Shown: positions 1 through 11,231, numbered from the stretch's first letter. The stretch: DNA of 64,000 bases from Nitrospirota bacterium (GCA_963699545.1 CAVOUE010000012.1:97140-161139); one strand, 5' to 3'. Numbers and translations are program-made. Notes: generated from the sequence alone by a model not told the origin.

Positions 1-1127
1 AATTCGTTCAGCACTGTCAGAAAATCATCGTCCTTCACCTGCGCCGTAAGATCGATCGGGTTATGGAGCACATAAAAGTTCGGGAACATCCCCTTGAGAC
101 GGTTCAGTCTGTCATCGGAAAGCTCCACCACATCAAGGCCCTGTCTCATGCACTCATCAGCGGCAAGAACACCGGAACCCCCGCCATTTGTCACGATGCA
201 GACGCGGTTGCCCCTCCCCTCTGCAGCAAGGGAGAGTGTCCCTTGCGCTCCCTGATAGGAAAGGGCCTTTGTCGCATCCATCAGTCCGTCGAAATCCGTT
301 GCTTCCCGTATTCGGAACTGCTTCAGGATCGAGTGGAAGACTTCGTATCTTCCGGCAAGCCTCCCTGTATGGGAGAAGGCAGCCGCAGAGCCGCCGGCGC
401 CCTTGCCGGACTTCAGCACAACAAGCGACTTCTTCGCCGACAGCGCCCGCGCTTTCTCCACGAACCTTCTCCCGTCACCCAGCGACTCGACATAAGAGAC
501 CACGACATCGGTTTCCCGGTCTTCAAGAAAATATTCGTAAAGGTCAGCTTCGTTGATATCAACTGCATTCCCGTATCCCACCGCTTTTGATATGCCTGTG
601 TTCGTAACCCTGATCGCTTCAAAGAGAGATGCCATGATGGCGCCGCTCTGGGACAGGATCGCCACATTCCCCCTCCTCGGCCTCTTCATCCGTTCATGGC
701 TGATAAAGAATGTATCAAGCCTGTTGCCGGGACAAAAGACCCCCATGCAATTCGGCCCGAGCAGGCGTATCCCGGCTTCTTTCCCGATCCTCTGCACTTC
801 GAACTGGAGCTCACGCTCTCCGATCTCCGCAAAGCCGGAACTCACAACAATGGCGCATTTCACCTTGCCCGCAAGATGCCTCAGGATATCAGGCACTTCG
901 GATGCAGGTCTCATGATGATCGCGAGGTCGGCAGAGGAAGGCAGATCTGCAATAGTACGATACGCCTTCACCCCCATGAGCTCATCATATTTCGGGTTCA
1001 CGGGATAGACCCTCCCGCGGAAGGCGAGGAGGTTCTTCAGCACAATACCGCCCAGCTTTATCTCGGTATGGGCAGCGCCGATCAGCACGATGGACGCGGG
1101 GTTGAAGAGATAATCCAGAGAACTCAT
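1..1127 (-). CDS. ADP-forming acyl-CoA synthetase (ACD alpha-like, CoA-binding); runs off the window
   Basis: Manual translation from ATG 1127, which overlaps the pdhC stop (ATGA): MSSLDYLFNPASIVLIGA...VYPVNPK...LLGPNCMG...FSHTG (phospho-His motif)...HNPIDLT. Missing from the ORF track; a frameshift near 200 is possible. Confidence 0.85.
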   Translation of the reverse strand, partial: MSSLDYLFNPASIVLIGAAHTEIKLGGIVLKNLLAFRGRVYPVNPKYDELMGVKAYRTIADLPSSADLAIIMRPASEVPDILRHLAGKVKCAIVVSSGFAEIGERELQFEVQRIGKEAGIRLLGPNCMGVFCPGNRLDTFFISHERMKRPRRGNVAILSQSGAIMASLFEAIRVTNTGISKAVGYGNAVDINEADLYEYFLEDRETDVVVSYVESLGDGRRFVEKARALSAKKSLVVLKSGKGAGGSAAAFSHTGRLAGRYEVFHSILKQFRIREATDFDGLMDATKALSYQGAQGTLSLAAEGRGNRVCIVTNGGGSGVLAADECMRQGLDVVELSDDRLNRLKGMFPNFYVLHNPIDLTAQVKDDDFLTVLNE

Positions 1128-2306
1128 GCGCTTTCTATGAATAGAAGAGCAGGGTCCTCGATATAGTTAACGATCCTTGTAAGGAACTTCGTTGCCTCGA
1201 CCCCGTCCGTCACCCTGTGATCAAACGTCAGGGAGAGGGGCAGTATCCTCCTGATAACGATCTGACCGTCCTTAACCCACGGTTTTTCCGAAATATTTCC
1301 TGTTCCCAGTATCGCCACATCAGGATAATTGATGATGGGGGTGGCAAAGGTCCCGCCGAAGTGTCCGTAATTGGTGATGGTGAAAGTGCTTCCCCTCATC
1401 TCTTCCAGCTTGATCTTCCTGTCCCTGGCCTTCTGACCCAGATCCTGAAGCTCTACCGCAAGTTCATGGATCGTCTTTCTCACGGCCTCCCGTATGACCG
1501 GGACCATGAGACCGTCCGGGGTGTCCACGGCAACTCCGATGTTGAAGTATTTCTTGACGATTATTTCCTCCCGTCCCTCATCAACCGAAGCATTCAGCAT
1601 GGGGTGATCGGCAAGGGCATGATACACCGCCTTGATGAAGAAGGGCATGAACGTCAGATGGACACCCTTTTCAAGGAGCCCCTTTTTCTCCTTCTCGCGG
1701 AGGTTCCACAACTCGGTGATATCGGCCTCCTCCATGCCGGTCACAAAGGCAGTGGTCTTCTGGGAAAGGATGAGGTTTTTCGCGATGGTCCTTCTCAGCC
1801 CTCTCAGGGGTATTCTCTCCACCGGACCGTACTGGTCTTCAGCTTTCTTCTCCTGCGGGGCCGCCTTCATTACATCTTCTTTTGTGATGCTTCCTCCGGG
1901 GCCCGAGCCTTTCACTGATCCGAGATCGACCCCGAGGTCCTTTGCCAGCGCCCTGACCGCAGGGAGCGCAAGGATCCTCCTCTTCCTCATCCGGCAGAAC
2001 GCCCACGACGGAAACGGACTTCGGTCTCTCTTTCGTCTCCGGCTTCTCCTCCTTCGGCGCAGCTTCCCCTTCAAGGGCGATGGTGACCAATACCTCTCCC
2101 ACCTTGACGATCTCTCCAACGTCCCTGTGGATTTTCGTTACCGTTCCCTTTTTCGGGGAAGGCACCTCCACCACCGCCTTGTCCGTCTCTATCTCCAGAA
2201 CGGTCTGGTGCTCATCAATGGCATCGCCTTCTCTGATGACCCATTTCCTTACTTCCCCTTCCGTCGTTCCCTCGCCCAGGTCCGGCAACACAAAGTCGAA
2301 TGGCAT
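1124..2306 (-). CDS. pdhC: 2-oxoacid dehydrogenase E2 (dihydrolipoamide acyltransferase), frameshift near 1980
   Basis: Lipoyl domain (ETDKAVVEVPSP) in ORF 1839..2306. Subunit-binding domain (ALPAVRALAK...GSGPGGSITKEDV) and catalytic FDHRVTDG in ORF 1124..2119. Confidence 0.9.
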
Positions 2307-2453
2307 GGTTCCTCCCCATAGAACGTTCTGTCATAATTGCTGATACGTTCTCAGGTAAAGGATAGCACGCAGGGGAGACGCAGTCAATCGCGCCTGGCTC
2401 CCCGTTCGGGGAGATGATATAATGAGGTCAGCAAGAATTGCGGGAGGAGAGAG

Positions 2454-2789
2454 GTGAAACAAAAGCCTAAAGGGCCCTTTGTCCCTGCGGAGCGGCATGA
2501 AACTGTCCGCCGCGAGATCACCGAGAGGCTGAAGGGTCAAACACTCTCGCCGATGGATATATCCGCTGCAGTGCATATCCCGGTGAAGGAAGTATATGAG
2601 CACCTCGAACATATCAGGAGGTCCCTTATCAAGCGGGAACATCACCTGACCATAACGCCGGCAGAGTGCAAGAAATGCGGTTTCATCTTCAAAAAAAGAG
2701 AGAGATTGACGAAACCGGGGAAGTGTCCTGTCTGCAGGGGCGAGACCATTGAAGAGCCGCTGTTTTCTCTCGGCGAACGACCTACCTGA
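2454..2789 (+). CDS. HTH + Zn-ribbon predicted transcriptional regulator
   Basis: VYEHLEHI helix, then CKKCG...KCPVC; GTG start after an AG-rich SD. Confidence 0.75.
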   Translation: MKQKPKGPFVPAERHETVRREITERLKGQTLSPMDISAAVHIPVKEVYEHLEHIRRSLIKREHHLTITPAECKKCGFIFKKRERLTKPGKCPVCRGETIEEPLFSLGERPT

Positions 2790-3264
2790 GTCCGAGTTTC
2801 GTCAGGATGGTCCCGAGGAATCTGTTGACGGGGTTGCTCCTCTTCAGAAATGAGACCACCGGAGGCTTCCTGGAGGTCAGTTTGTCAAGTTCGTCAATGA
2901 TCGCCTGGTCTTTTTCATGGCTCAGTCCCTCCCTGAAGGTTCTTATGGCGTCATCTGTTTTCCCTGCATAGAGGTAAACCTTGCCCAGATTCAGATAGTG
3001 GAGGGGGTTTTGAGGCTCCCGCGCCTTTGCTTTTTCGCAGAGCGTAACCGCGAGCTGGAATTGTCCCCGTTCCTTTGCAATGCAGAGGGCCAGGTAACAG
3101 CAGTAGGCAGGTTTTTCATCTCTCTGGACCGCCTTCTCAAAAAGGGTAAGGGCGGTAAGGGTATCCCCCTGCGCAAGGGCCTTCAAACCGCTGGTGAAGA
3201 ATTTTTCTGCCTCAGTCTCCTGCATACAATCATTCAACTGCAGAGCGAGATATGCGCCACCCAT
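2782..3264 (-). CDS. Tetratricopeptide repeat protein (start may be 3225)
   Basis: TPR-like helices, e.g. HYLNLGKVYLYAGKTDDAIRTFREGL. Confidence 0.75.
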   Translation of the reverse strand: MGGAYLALQLNDCMQETEAEKFFTSGLKALAQGDTLTALTLFEKAVQRDEKPAYCCYLALCIAKERGQFQLAVTLCEKAKAREPQNPLHYLNLGKVYLYAGKTDDAIRTFREGLSHEKDQAIIDELDKLTSRKPPVVSFLKRSNPVNRFLGTILTKLGLR

Positions 3265-3300
3265 TTCTTGAGACGATTATTTCCGCCTTTCCCGTCCGCA

Positions 3301-4275
3301 TCAATACTTCATGATGTCGGTAAGGGCTTTTCTTATCCTCTCCACGGTGGGCATGTAATGGTCCTCAAGTCTCGGAAGGGGAAGGACCACATCATAGCTT
3401 GCCACCCGCGCCACGGGCGCCTTGAGAAAGAACATGGCATCCTCCGCGATGGTGGCCGCGAGTTCCGAGGCAAAACTTCCCACCTTGGGCGCCTCATTCA
3501 CGATCACGACCCTCCCGGTCTTCTTCGCTGACCCGAGGACCGTCTCTTCATCATATGGATTGAGGGTCATCAGGTCGATCACCTCAGCGTCAAACCCTTC
3601 CACTGCCTCCAGAGTCCTGTGAAACATGAACCCCCAGGAGATCACGGTCACATCCTTTCCTTCCTGGACTATCCGCGCCTTTTCGAGGGGTACGGCGTAT
3701 TCTCCTTCAGGCACGTCCTCCTTTACCAGACGGTAGAGCCTCGTGGACTCCAGAAATAACACAGGGTCGGGGTCTCTAATGGACGACAAGAGAAGCCCTT
3801 TTGCGTAATACGGCGATGACGGCATCACAACCTTTATGCCGGGCATGTGACAGAAGAGCGCTTCATTGCTTTCCGAGTGGTGTTCGGGGGCTTTAATACC
3901 CGCCCCGTAGGGCGTCCTTATGACCAGGGGGCAAGTATATCTTCCCCTTGAGCGCGAGCGTATCCTCGCAGCGTGGTTCGCTATCTGGTCCATGGCAGGA
4001 TAAATGAACCCCTCGAACTGTATCTCGGCAACGGGCTTTAGACCATACACCGCCATACCTATTGCAGCGCCCACGATGACCGACTCTGCAAGGGGGGTAT
4101 CAATGATACGCTCCGGTCCGAATTGGTTCAGAAGCCCTTCGGTGATCCTGAATACCCCGCCGTCTCTTCCCACGTCCTCACCGAGGATGACCACATCCTT
4201 GTCCCTCTGCATCTCTTCTTTCAGCGCAAGGTTGATCGCCTGCACCATGTTCATTTTTTGGGAGTTCTGGGGCAT
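3301..4275 (-). CDS. pdhB: Pyruvate/2-oxoacid dehydrogenase E1 beta subunit
   Basis: GEDVGRDGGVFR, DTPLAE, AEIQF and EHHSES motifs. Confidence 0.93.
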   Translation of the reverse strand: MPQNSQKMNMVQAINLALKEEMQRDKDVVILGEDVGRDGGVFRITEGLLNQFGPERIIDTPLAESVIVGAAIGMAVYGLKPVAEIQFEGFIYPAMDQIANHAARIRSRSRGRYTCPLVIRTPYGAGIKAPEHHSESNEALFCHMPGIKVVMPSSPYYAKGLLLSSIRDPDPVLFLESTRLYRLVKEDVPEGEYAVPLEKARIVQEGKDVTVISWGFMFHRTLEAVEGFDAEVIDLMTLNPYDEETVLGSAKKTGRVVIVNEAPKVGSFASELAATIAEDAMFFLKAPVARVASYDVVLPLPRLEDHYMPTVERIRKALTDIMKY

Positions 4276-4276
4276 A

Positions 4277-5332
4277 TCAGAAATCCTTTATCTCTTTCTG
4301 CTGTCTCTGGGTAAGCGTAAGGTATGTGTAGGTGAACATATCACGGGGGTCCGGAGGTTCGATGGATTCTGCCTTTTTCTCCGCATCGTCCACAGCAGCC
4401 TTCGCCCCTGTCTCAATCTCATTCTGATACTGCTCAGACCATATCCCTTTCTTCTCCATGAAGAGCTTCAACCTCAGAATGGGGTCTTTTTCTTTCCATG
4501 CCTCCACCTCTTCTTCTGTTCTGTAACGAGATGCATCATCGGCAGTGGTGTGGTCCGCCATTCTGTATGTGAAGCATTCAATGAGGGTCGGACCGTTGCC
4601 CTGCTTCGCTTTGTTAAGGGCATCTTTTGTTGCCTTGTATACTGCAAAAATATCATTCCCGTCCACTTGCACGCCTTCGAAGCCATAGGCAAATGCCTTC
4701 TGCGCGATGGTTCCTGCAGCGGTCTGCTTCTCCCTTGGTACCGAGATCGCCCACTGATTATTCTGGCAGATAAAGACAACGGGCAGCTTGAATACACCGG
4801 CGAAATTGAGTCCCTCGTGAAAGTCGCCCTCGGATGTGCCGCCGTCACCGAAATAGGCTGCTGCAGCGATTTTGTCCCCCCTGTATTTTGCAGCCATGGC
4901 AACCCCTACCGCATGGGGAATATGGCTCGCCACCGGAATGGAGACAGGGAGGATGTTTATATCCTTTGCCATCCTGAGCCCTCTTTCGTCTCCTCCCCAG
5001 TATTGAAGGATCATATGCAGGGGATGACCGACAGCGAGGTAAACGCCGTTCTCCCTGAAGGAGGGGAATATCCAGTCGGTCTTTTCCAGGGCAAGGGCGC
5101 TTCCGATCTGTGCCGCTTCCTGCCCCCGGATTGGGGCATAGGTGCCGATCCTTCCTTCTCTTTGAAGGTCTAAGGCGCGTTGGTCAAAGGTCCTCGCAAG
5201 GACCATGAGCTCATACATCCTCTTTATCTCATCATCCGTGAGGGAAGGCATAAGAGACTCGTCCACATTTCCCTTCTCATCGAGGACATCGAGACGCTTC
5301 ACATTAAAGGATTCTATGACTTTCTCAGGCAT
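4277..5332 (-). CDS. pdhA: Pyruvate/2-oxoacid dehydrogenase E1 alpha subunit
   Basis: TPP-binding GDGG...NN motif and YRMADHTTADD; start at MPEK. Confidence 0.93.
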   Translation of the reverse strand: MPEKVIESFNVKRLDVLDEKGNVDESLMPSLTDDEIKRMYELMVLARTFDQRALDLQREGRIGTYAPIRGQEAAQIGSALALEKTDWIFPSFRENGVYLAVGHPLHMILQYWGGDERGLRMAKDINILPVSIPVASHIPHAVGVAMAAKYRGDKIAAAAYFGDGGTSEGDFHEGLNFAGVFKLPVVFICQNNQWAISVPREKQTAAGTIAQKAFAYGFEGVQVDGNDIFAVYKATKDALNKAKQGNGPTLIECFTYRMADHTTADDASRYRTEEEVEAWKEKDPILRLKLFMEKKGIWSEQYQNEIETGAKAAVDDAEKKAESIEPPDPRDMFTYTYLTLTQRQQKEIKDF

Positions 5333-5368
5333 TAATAGAAGGATAGCATGCGAACGGTGAACAGTCAA
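5333..5368 (-). promoter_or_regulatory. Sigma70 promoter of pdhA, probably leaderless
   Basis: TTGACT-17nt-TATCCT-7nt-ATG, no SD. Confidence 0.65.
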
Positions 5369-5477
5369 TTCTTTATCATGGTTTCCCCGTTTCTCATTGC
5401 AGGCGTTTATTGATAAGAAGTAAGATACGGATGCGATCCATGTGCCTGAAATGTGATGGTGCAGGCAGGGACAATGA

Positions 5478-6278
5478 TCAATCAGCCGGTCTCAGTTTTT
5501 CAATCGGCACACGCGCAGGGTCGCTTCCGGTTCCAGACGAAGGACCGCCCTCTCCGGTGACTTCTTTATATTCAGGGACAACGATCCCCCGCTTCACCAT
5601 GATGCTGTAAATGAGGTTTGACCGGTTCACCACATAACGCTGATCCCCCGTCGGATCATATTTCCTCGGGTTCGGGAGAACCGCTGCAAGCCTGGCAGCT
5701 TCTTCAGCGGAAAGATCGGACGCGGATTTCCCGAAGTACTGCCGTGATGCCGCTTCAACGCCGAAAACCCCCTCTCCCCACTCGATGACATTCAGATAAA
5801 GCTCCAGTATTCGTTTCTTGGAGAGGACCTTCTCCATCCTCCATGTAATGAGCGCTTCTGCAACTTTTCTGAACGGGTTCTTCGAAGGGGAGAGATAGAG
5901 GTTCTTTGCCAGCTGCTGGCTTATGGTGCTTCCCCCCAGCTTGAACTTCTTCGCCTTGATGTCCTTTTCCATGGCCTTCTGTATCGCCTCGTAATCAAAG
6001 CCCTCATGCTTCCAGAACTTGTCGTCCTCCGCAATAAGCACGGCCTTGATGATATACGGCGAGAGCCGGGAGATGGGCACCCATGTCTGGGAGATCCGAT
6101 ACTTCTTCCCTGTCCTCTCCCATTCCTTTTCGCGGTATTTCATAAAAGCGGTCTTTGCAGGATTCTCTTTTTGAAGTTTTGAAACATCGGGCATGAGGAA
6201 TAGGGAGGAGAGGGCAAAAAGGAGCAGGCAGGCAATGGCAAAGAACAGTATCTTACTGAACAACTTCCCTTTACGCAT
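5478..6278 (-). CDS. mtgA: Monofunctional peptidoglycan transglycosylase
   Basis: GT51 motifs EDDKFWKHEG, GGSTISQQLAKNL, RKVAE and LELYLN. Confidence 0.92.
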   Translation of the reverse strand: MRKGKLFSKILFFAIACLLLFALSSLFLMPDVSKLQKENPAKTAFMKYREKEWERTGKKYRISQTWVPISRLSPYIIKAVLIAEDDKFWKHEGFDYEAIQKAMEKDIKAKKFKLGGSTISQQLAKNLYLSPSKNPFRKVAEALITWRMEKVLSKKRILELYLNVIEWGEGVFGVEAASRQYFGKSASDLSAEEAARLAAVLPNPRKYDPTGDQRYVVNRSNLIYSIMVKRGIVVPEYKEVTGEGGPSSGTGSDPARVPIEKLRPAD

Positions 6279-6298
6279 CCCCAAAGAGAATATCCGTT

Positions 6299-6820
6299 TT
6301 ACTGTAAAGGCCCCTTCAAAAGGCGGATATCATCGATCCAGACCGTGCCCTTGCCGTCGACCACGAGGTTGAGTTTTATGAGGTCGGGTCTTTCCCCCTG
6401 TTTCAGGAAGAAGGGTGCCTCGGCAGTTATCCAGTTCATGGTGCCGGTTACAGGGTTCTGAAGGCCCCTGGAGAAGAACTCGCCCTTCCCGGGGAAGCGG
6501 CACCACATCTCAAGGTACGCCTGCCCCTGGAGTTCTGCCGAGCGAAGCTTCGCCCGGTACGTCAGACGTGCATTTTCAGCTTCGGTGTCGCTGACCTCGA
6601 ATAGCCTTACCACTGTCGGTCCCGTTGCATGAATACGCAAAGAGCCCTTGCCGTCGCTTGAAGTTTCCTTGTCCAGCTCTGCCCCGGATTGGGTGATGAT
6701 GCCGTCAAGACTGTCCACGGGAAACCGCTTGAGTTCCACTTCCTGCTGTGCCGTCTTTGAACATCCCACCGCAAAGAACAACGTCAAGGCTGCAAGGCAA
6801 TATACACATTTCTTGAACAT
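6299..6820 (-). CDS. Hypothetical lipoprotein (beta-sandwich-like)
   Basis: Lipobox AVGC after a hydrophobic signal; AAGGAG SD. Confidence 0.65.
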   Translation of the reverse strand: MFKKCVYCLAALTLFFAVGCSKTAQQEVELKRFPVDSLDGIITQSGAELDKETSSDGKGSLRIHATGPTVVRLFEVSDTEAENARLTYRAKLRSAELQGQAYLEMWCRFPGKGEFFSRGLQNPVTGTMNWITAEAPFFLKQGERPDLIKLNLVVDGKGTVWIDDIRLLKGPLQ

Positions 6821-6858
6821 TTCATGCTCCTTATGTTTATCAATGTCTGGCTGCAACA

Positions 6859-7737
6859 CTAGCCTACGATCTCCGTTCCGATCCCCTCCTTCGTAAAGAT
6901 CTCCAGAAGGAGGCAGTGAGCCACCCGGCCATCAACGATATGCGTCTTCTTCACCCCTCCCTCAAGGGCACGGGTGCATGCCTGGACCTTGGGCAGCATG
7001 CCACCTGAGACCGTGCCGTCGTCGATGATCTTCTTCACGCCCTTTTTCGTCACCGTAGAGATCACGTTCCCCTTTTTGTCCTTGATCCCTGGCACATCGG
7101 TGAGCAGTATCAGCTTCTCAGCCTTCAGCGAAGATGCCACCGCAGACGCAACGTAATCCGCGTTGATATTGAACGTCTCTCCGGCCTTGCCCGCACCGAT
7201 AGGCGAAATCACCGGGATAAACCCGTCCTTCTGGAGGGAGTCAAGGATCGCCGGATCCACTGATTCGACCTCCCCTACCAGCCCGATGTCGATGACTTCT
7301 TCTTCTCCTGTCTCAGCCGCCTTCTTTATGAGCTTCTTCTTCGCCCTGATGAGCCCTCCGTCCTTTCCGCTCAGTCCCGCAGCCTTGCCTCCGTGGCTGT
7401 TGATCAGCGCCACGATCTCTTTATTCACAAGGCCCCCCAGGACCATCTCAACAATGTCCATGGTCTCTTTGTCTGTCACCCGCTGGCCATGGATAAAGGC
7501 CGGTTCCTTCCCCATCTTCTTCATGGTCTCGCTGATCTTCGGTCCCCCGCCGTGAACAATGACAGGCCTGATACCGATGAAGTTCAGGAGCACCACATCC
7601 TGCGCAAAGGAGTTCTTCAGCGCAGCCTCGACCTGCGCAGCGCCACCGTATTTTATCACAAACGTCTTCCCATAGAAATTACGGATATACGGCAGGGAAT
7701 CGACTAAGACCTGTGCCTTCTCAAGCAGCTTCTCCAT
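6859..7737 (-). CDS. argB: Acetylglutamate kinase
   Basis: KYGG, VHGGGP, NINAD and GGMLPK motifs. Confidence 0.96.
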   Translation of the reverse strand: MEKLLEKAQVLVDSLPYIRNFYGKTFVIKYGGAAQVEAALKNSFAQDVVLLNFIGIRPVIVHGGGPKISETMKKMGKEPAFIHGQRVTDKETMDIVEMVLGGLVNKEIVALINSHGGKAAGLSGKDGGLIRAKKKLIKKAAETGEEEVIDIGLVGEVESVDPAILDSLQKDGFIPVISPIGAGKAGETFNINADYVASAVASSLKAEKLILLTDVPGIKDKKGNVISTVTKKGVKKIIDDGTVSGGMLPKVQACTRALEGGVKKTHIVDGRVAHCLLLEIFTKEGIGTEIVG

Positions 7738-7758
7738 CTCTTATGTCCCTCGAAGAAC

Positions 7759-8364
7759 CTATGAATTATGCTTTACCCTGTCCGTTTCAAAACAGGGGAT
7801 ACAGACGATCTTCCCTTCTCTTATCCTGGCCCTCGGTTCAGCCATCTTCTCGCCACACGTCCGACACGAGAGACTCTGATAGATCTTTGCCTCCTGAGGC
7901 AAAGGGATCCTCACCTTCGTGATCTTCAGCAGCTCTTTCTCGGGTGACTCAAGGATGGCCTTCGTCTTCTTCGTCCTGCGGTTATGGACCGCCCGGGTCA
8001 CCTCTTCAGAGCGGTCACCCCTCTCGTAACGTCTCCATAATTCTTTTTCCCTTTCTGTTTCCTCGGGAGCGATAAAGTCTATGGCTATCCGGACCCCGTT
8101 TCCCGAAGGCCTGTTCAAAAAGGTGTACGCCTGTTTTCCGTAGTCCTTAAAGACCAGGTTCCCTTTCCCAAAAGTACATCCGGTGACAACCTGAATCGCA
8201 TCAACAGCACATGAGTCATTCTCGACGATCGCAACCAGCTCTTCATCTTCAGAGATGTCTTCCCTTTTCATGGCCTTCAATGCCGCCACCGCGACCCGGT
8301 ACCCCAGGGCGAGCCCGGGACAGCTGTGACCGTGAAAATCAATGACTTCCTTAAAGCGTTTCAT
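7759..8364 (-). CDS. FmdE-family protein with C-terminal C4 zinc finger
   Basis: FHGHSCPG, CAVDAIQ, GCTFGKGN, CRTCGE...CIPC. Confidence 0.88.
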   Translation of the reverse strand: MKRFKEVIDFHGHSCPGLALGYRVAVAALKAMKREDISEDEELVAIVENDSCAVDAIQVVTGCTFGKGNLVFKDYGKQAYTFLNRPSGNGVRIAIDFIAPEETEREKELWRRYERGDRSEEVTRAVHNRRTKKTKAILESPEKELLKITKVRIPLPQEAKIYQSLSCRTCGEKMAEPRARIREGKIVCIPCFETDRVKHNS

Positions 8365-8464
8365 AGACAGGATTTTACCTCAAAAGGACAGTTTTTGCAA
8401 AAGGACCGGGAATCACTTTCAATCCGGCCCAGGAATGCCGATCACACTGACCGGGTAGCATTAC

Positions 8465-8554
<90 letters not shown>

Positions 8555-8663
8555 ATCGAAGCGATCAGCAGATAGTTTAAACCAAAAGAGGGTAATTTAG
8601 GAATATAAGCAAGAGGGCTATTGTAGCTTGCCGTGGGCGGTCGAGCCTCACCTCGGCTCAACC

Positions 8664-9125
8664 CTATCTCCTGTCCTTAAAGAACGTCTTCAGTATCTCA
8701 GCGCACTCTTCCTCGAGGATACCGGATACGACCTCCACCTGATGGTTCAATCTCGGATCGCTGAGCACGGCATAGAGGCTTTCCACAGCCCCGCCTTTGC
8801 TGTCCGGACAGCCATAGACGAGCCTGCCCAACCGTGCGTTCACCATGGTGCCGGCGCACATGATGCATGGCTCCTTGGTCACATAGAGGGTTGCATCTGA
8901 TAACCGCCAGCTGCCGATGATTCTCGCACCCTCACGTAGTGCAATGACTTCCGCATGGGCAGAGGGGTCGTTCAACCTTTCCCTCTGGTTGTGCGCCCTC
9001 GTGATGATGTTCCCCTCAATAACGAGCACAGCACCCACCGGCACTTCCCCCGCGGAAGAAGCGAGCCCGGCTTCTTCCATGGCCACCTTCATGAAATGGA
9101 GATCCTCTTCTTTGTTGTTGTCCAC
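8664..9125 (-). CDS. tadA: tRNA adenosine(34) deaminase
   Basis: GEVPVGA, HAE and EPCIMC motifs. Confidence 0.95.
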   Translation of the reverse strand: MDNNKEEDLHFMKVAMEEAGLASSAGEVPVGAVLVIEGNIITRAHNQRERLNDPSAHAEVIALREGARIIGSWRLSDATLYVTKEPCIMCAGTMVNARLGRLVYGCPDSKGGAVESLYAVLSDPRLNHQVEVVSGILEEECAEILKTFFKDRR

Positions 9126-9175
9126 AGAGATCCTCGCCTTCTTCAGTTCAAGACACGCGTCCCCGGCGTCATGCT

Positions 9176-10565
9176 TCAGCGCAGATCATTCAGGAGCCTC
9201 TGGAATTCCTTGGACTCTGCAAGTATGCGGTGAGCCGCATCCCGCAATTTATCCACTTCCTGCGGTTCCAGACTGAAGGATGTGGGAAGCCTCTTGAAAT
9301 ACCACCGCTCGTGCTCGTCCTTCAGGGCATCGAACTTCACTTCGATGATGTAAAATTCAATATCGCCGCATGACCCGGGCACGGTGGATACTTTCCCGTC
9401 AGGGCATCTCTGCCTCCGCACCTGTGCAGTCCACCCCTTCAGGCTTTCCTTCAGCAGCGCCACCGTTTCGACATTGTACCGTTCGATGGCTATGGACGAA
9501 TAGGATTCCAGCATTGCAGCAAATGCCGGAGGGCTCTCCATACGATCCCAGAAGGAATCGGGTTGGGTCTCGGCGTTCACCACAATAATCGCAACCTTGT
9601 GCACATTCTTATGATGGGTATCTTTGATGGTTCTCCCAGAAATCTCCCCTGAAAATTATTCTGTCAAGGATACCCCTGAGACCGAGGTTGTCCGCAATTC
9701 CCCCGTCCAGAAGATGAAGGTAGGGTTTCTTCTCCGGGTTCAGATAAGGCGCAATGTTGCTCGCGAGAAAGAACTGACGTTCCGAAATCTCACCCTTCTG
9801 CAGGACCCTTTGCAGGGCATCCGGCATCCGGTAGTCGCACGCGCCGGCAAAATTCCGCACGGTAATGGGGGTCAGAAGGAGAGGGACCGCGGACGAGGCG
9901 GCCACCGCTCTCGCCACCGGAAAAGTTGACAGGTCTGAGCAGAGGATGTCGAACATGTCCTGGGTGAACTGAACCCTTATGCCGTAGGTCATATCAGTGG
10001 CGTTCATGATGATCATCGGCCCTTTTCTGGCTGCGATGTCACCGAAGGTGCCGCCTTCGAAGATATACCTGTCATAGTACTCGGCTGCCAGATCGCTCCG
10101 GTCAAAATGAGGGGAGAAGAGCCGGACCCAGTTAAGAGGATTAAAGAACGTTCTTGAGATAAGAGCCCCCTGAATATTCTGCTTCAGGAACTTCGCCTCA
10201 AAGTCCTCAAAAATGCGCTCGCCGAAGAGGCCGTAATACCCGGCGGTGAAACTCCCGCCAGATACACTCGATATGGCGTCCACCTCATCCAGAAGCCGCC
10301 GTTTCTTCCCGTCGATCATAATATCTGTCTTTGCCAGTTCTTCAAGGACACCGTACGAGAATGCTGCGGCACGCGTTCCTCCACCGGAGAAGGTCACAAA
10401 AAGGAGCATGTCATCGGATTTCCCCGGCACCCTCATGTTCTTGCCCCTGTATCCTTCGTCAGGATCATAGTGCCTGAGCCTCTCATTGACCGGGTAATGT
10501 GCACAGCCCTGAACAAACAGGACAGCCGCCACAAGACCTGTGCAGAGCCATTTGAGCACGTTCAT
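9176..10565 (-). CDS. Patatin-like phospholipase lipoprotein, frameshift near 9625
   Basis: SGGGTRAA, SVSGGS and DGG motifs; the C-terminal part continues in ORF 9176..9604. Confidence 0.85.
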
Positions 10566-10681
10566 CCGCTCCTTCCGAAAGAAGTACGCACACTGACTAT
10601 CATCAATGACGCTCGTTTTTTCAGTATATCACAGTGTGTCTGATGGAGGGATTAGGGAACGGGTACAATTACTGCACAGCG

Positions 10682-10713
10682 AAAGGGGCCTGGTCATCCA
10701 GGCCCCTCTTTTT
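10682..10713. terminator. Intrinsic terminator hairpin
   Basis: AGGGGCCTGG-tcat-CCAGGCCCCT flanked by short A and T runs. Confidence 0.7.
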
Positions 10714-10745
10714 CGATCAGCCTTTCGGGCAAAGAGATGTCAATT

Positions 10746-11171
10746 CTACCTGTTCACAACCTCAAGAAGGTTTTGTGCTGTCTCATTGTTCAGCGCCGTC
10801 TTTTCCCCCGCAATTTCAGGCCACCTCTTGTTCAGTTCGCCTGCCGAAGAGAAAAGAACACTGTCTTGCAACTCCCTGAGAGTACCCTTCAGGAATTTGT
10901 TCTCCTCTTTCAGCTTCTCATTCTCCTCAAGGGCCTTTTCGTGCCTCGTGCGTGGGACAAAACCGAGGATGATATAAAAATCGATCAGCTTTTCGAATAT
11001 CTCGGGTGCTTTAGGGATCAAGAAATCTCTGCCGTAAGACAAGCTCCAGTAATTCTTTGCCGATGCGATGCCTCCCTCCTGCATATCCCTGAAAAACTTG
11101 AGGAGCCCCATTTTGAAAAGAGGCATCCCAAAGAGATGGTCGATGTCATTGATGTCTTCTTCTTTTAACAT
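10746..11171 (-). CDS. Hypothetical protein with coiled-coil C-terminus, downstream of the riboswitch
   Basis: 141-aa ORF, purine-rich SD, heptad-like EENEKLKEENKFLKGTLRELQ. Confidence 0.7.
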   Translation of the reverse strand: MLKEEDINDIDHLFGMPLFKMGLLKFFRDMQEGGIASAKNYWSLSYGRDFLIPKAPEIFEKLIDFYIILGFVPRTRHEKALEENEKLKEENKFLKGTLRELQDSVLFSSAGELNKRWPEIAGEKTALNNETAQNLLEVVNR

Positions 11172-11231
11172 TTCTTCCCCCCATTCACCCGTACGGTTTA
11201 CTGCGGTGGTCTTTTATCAGGCAATCCCCCG

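Noticed and set aside
8640-8662. Hairpin between tadA and tRNA-Ser as an SRP RNA or other ncRNA
   Set aside because: Too short and lacks the SRP domain IV motif; probably a processing or terminator hairpin.
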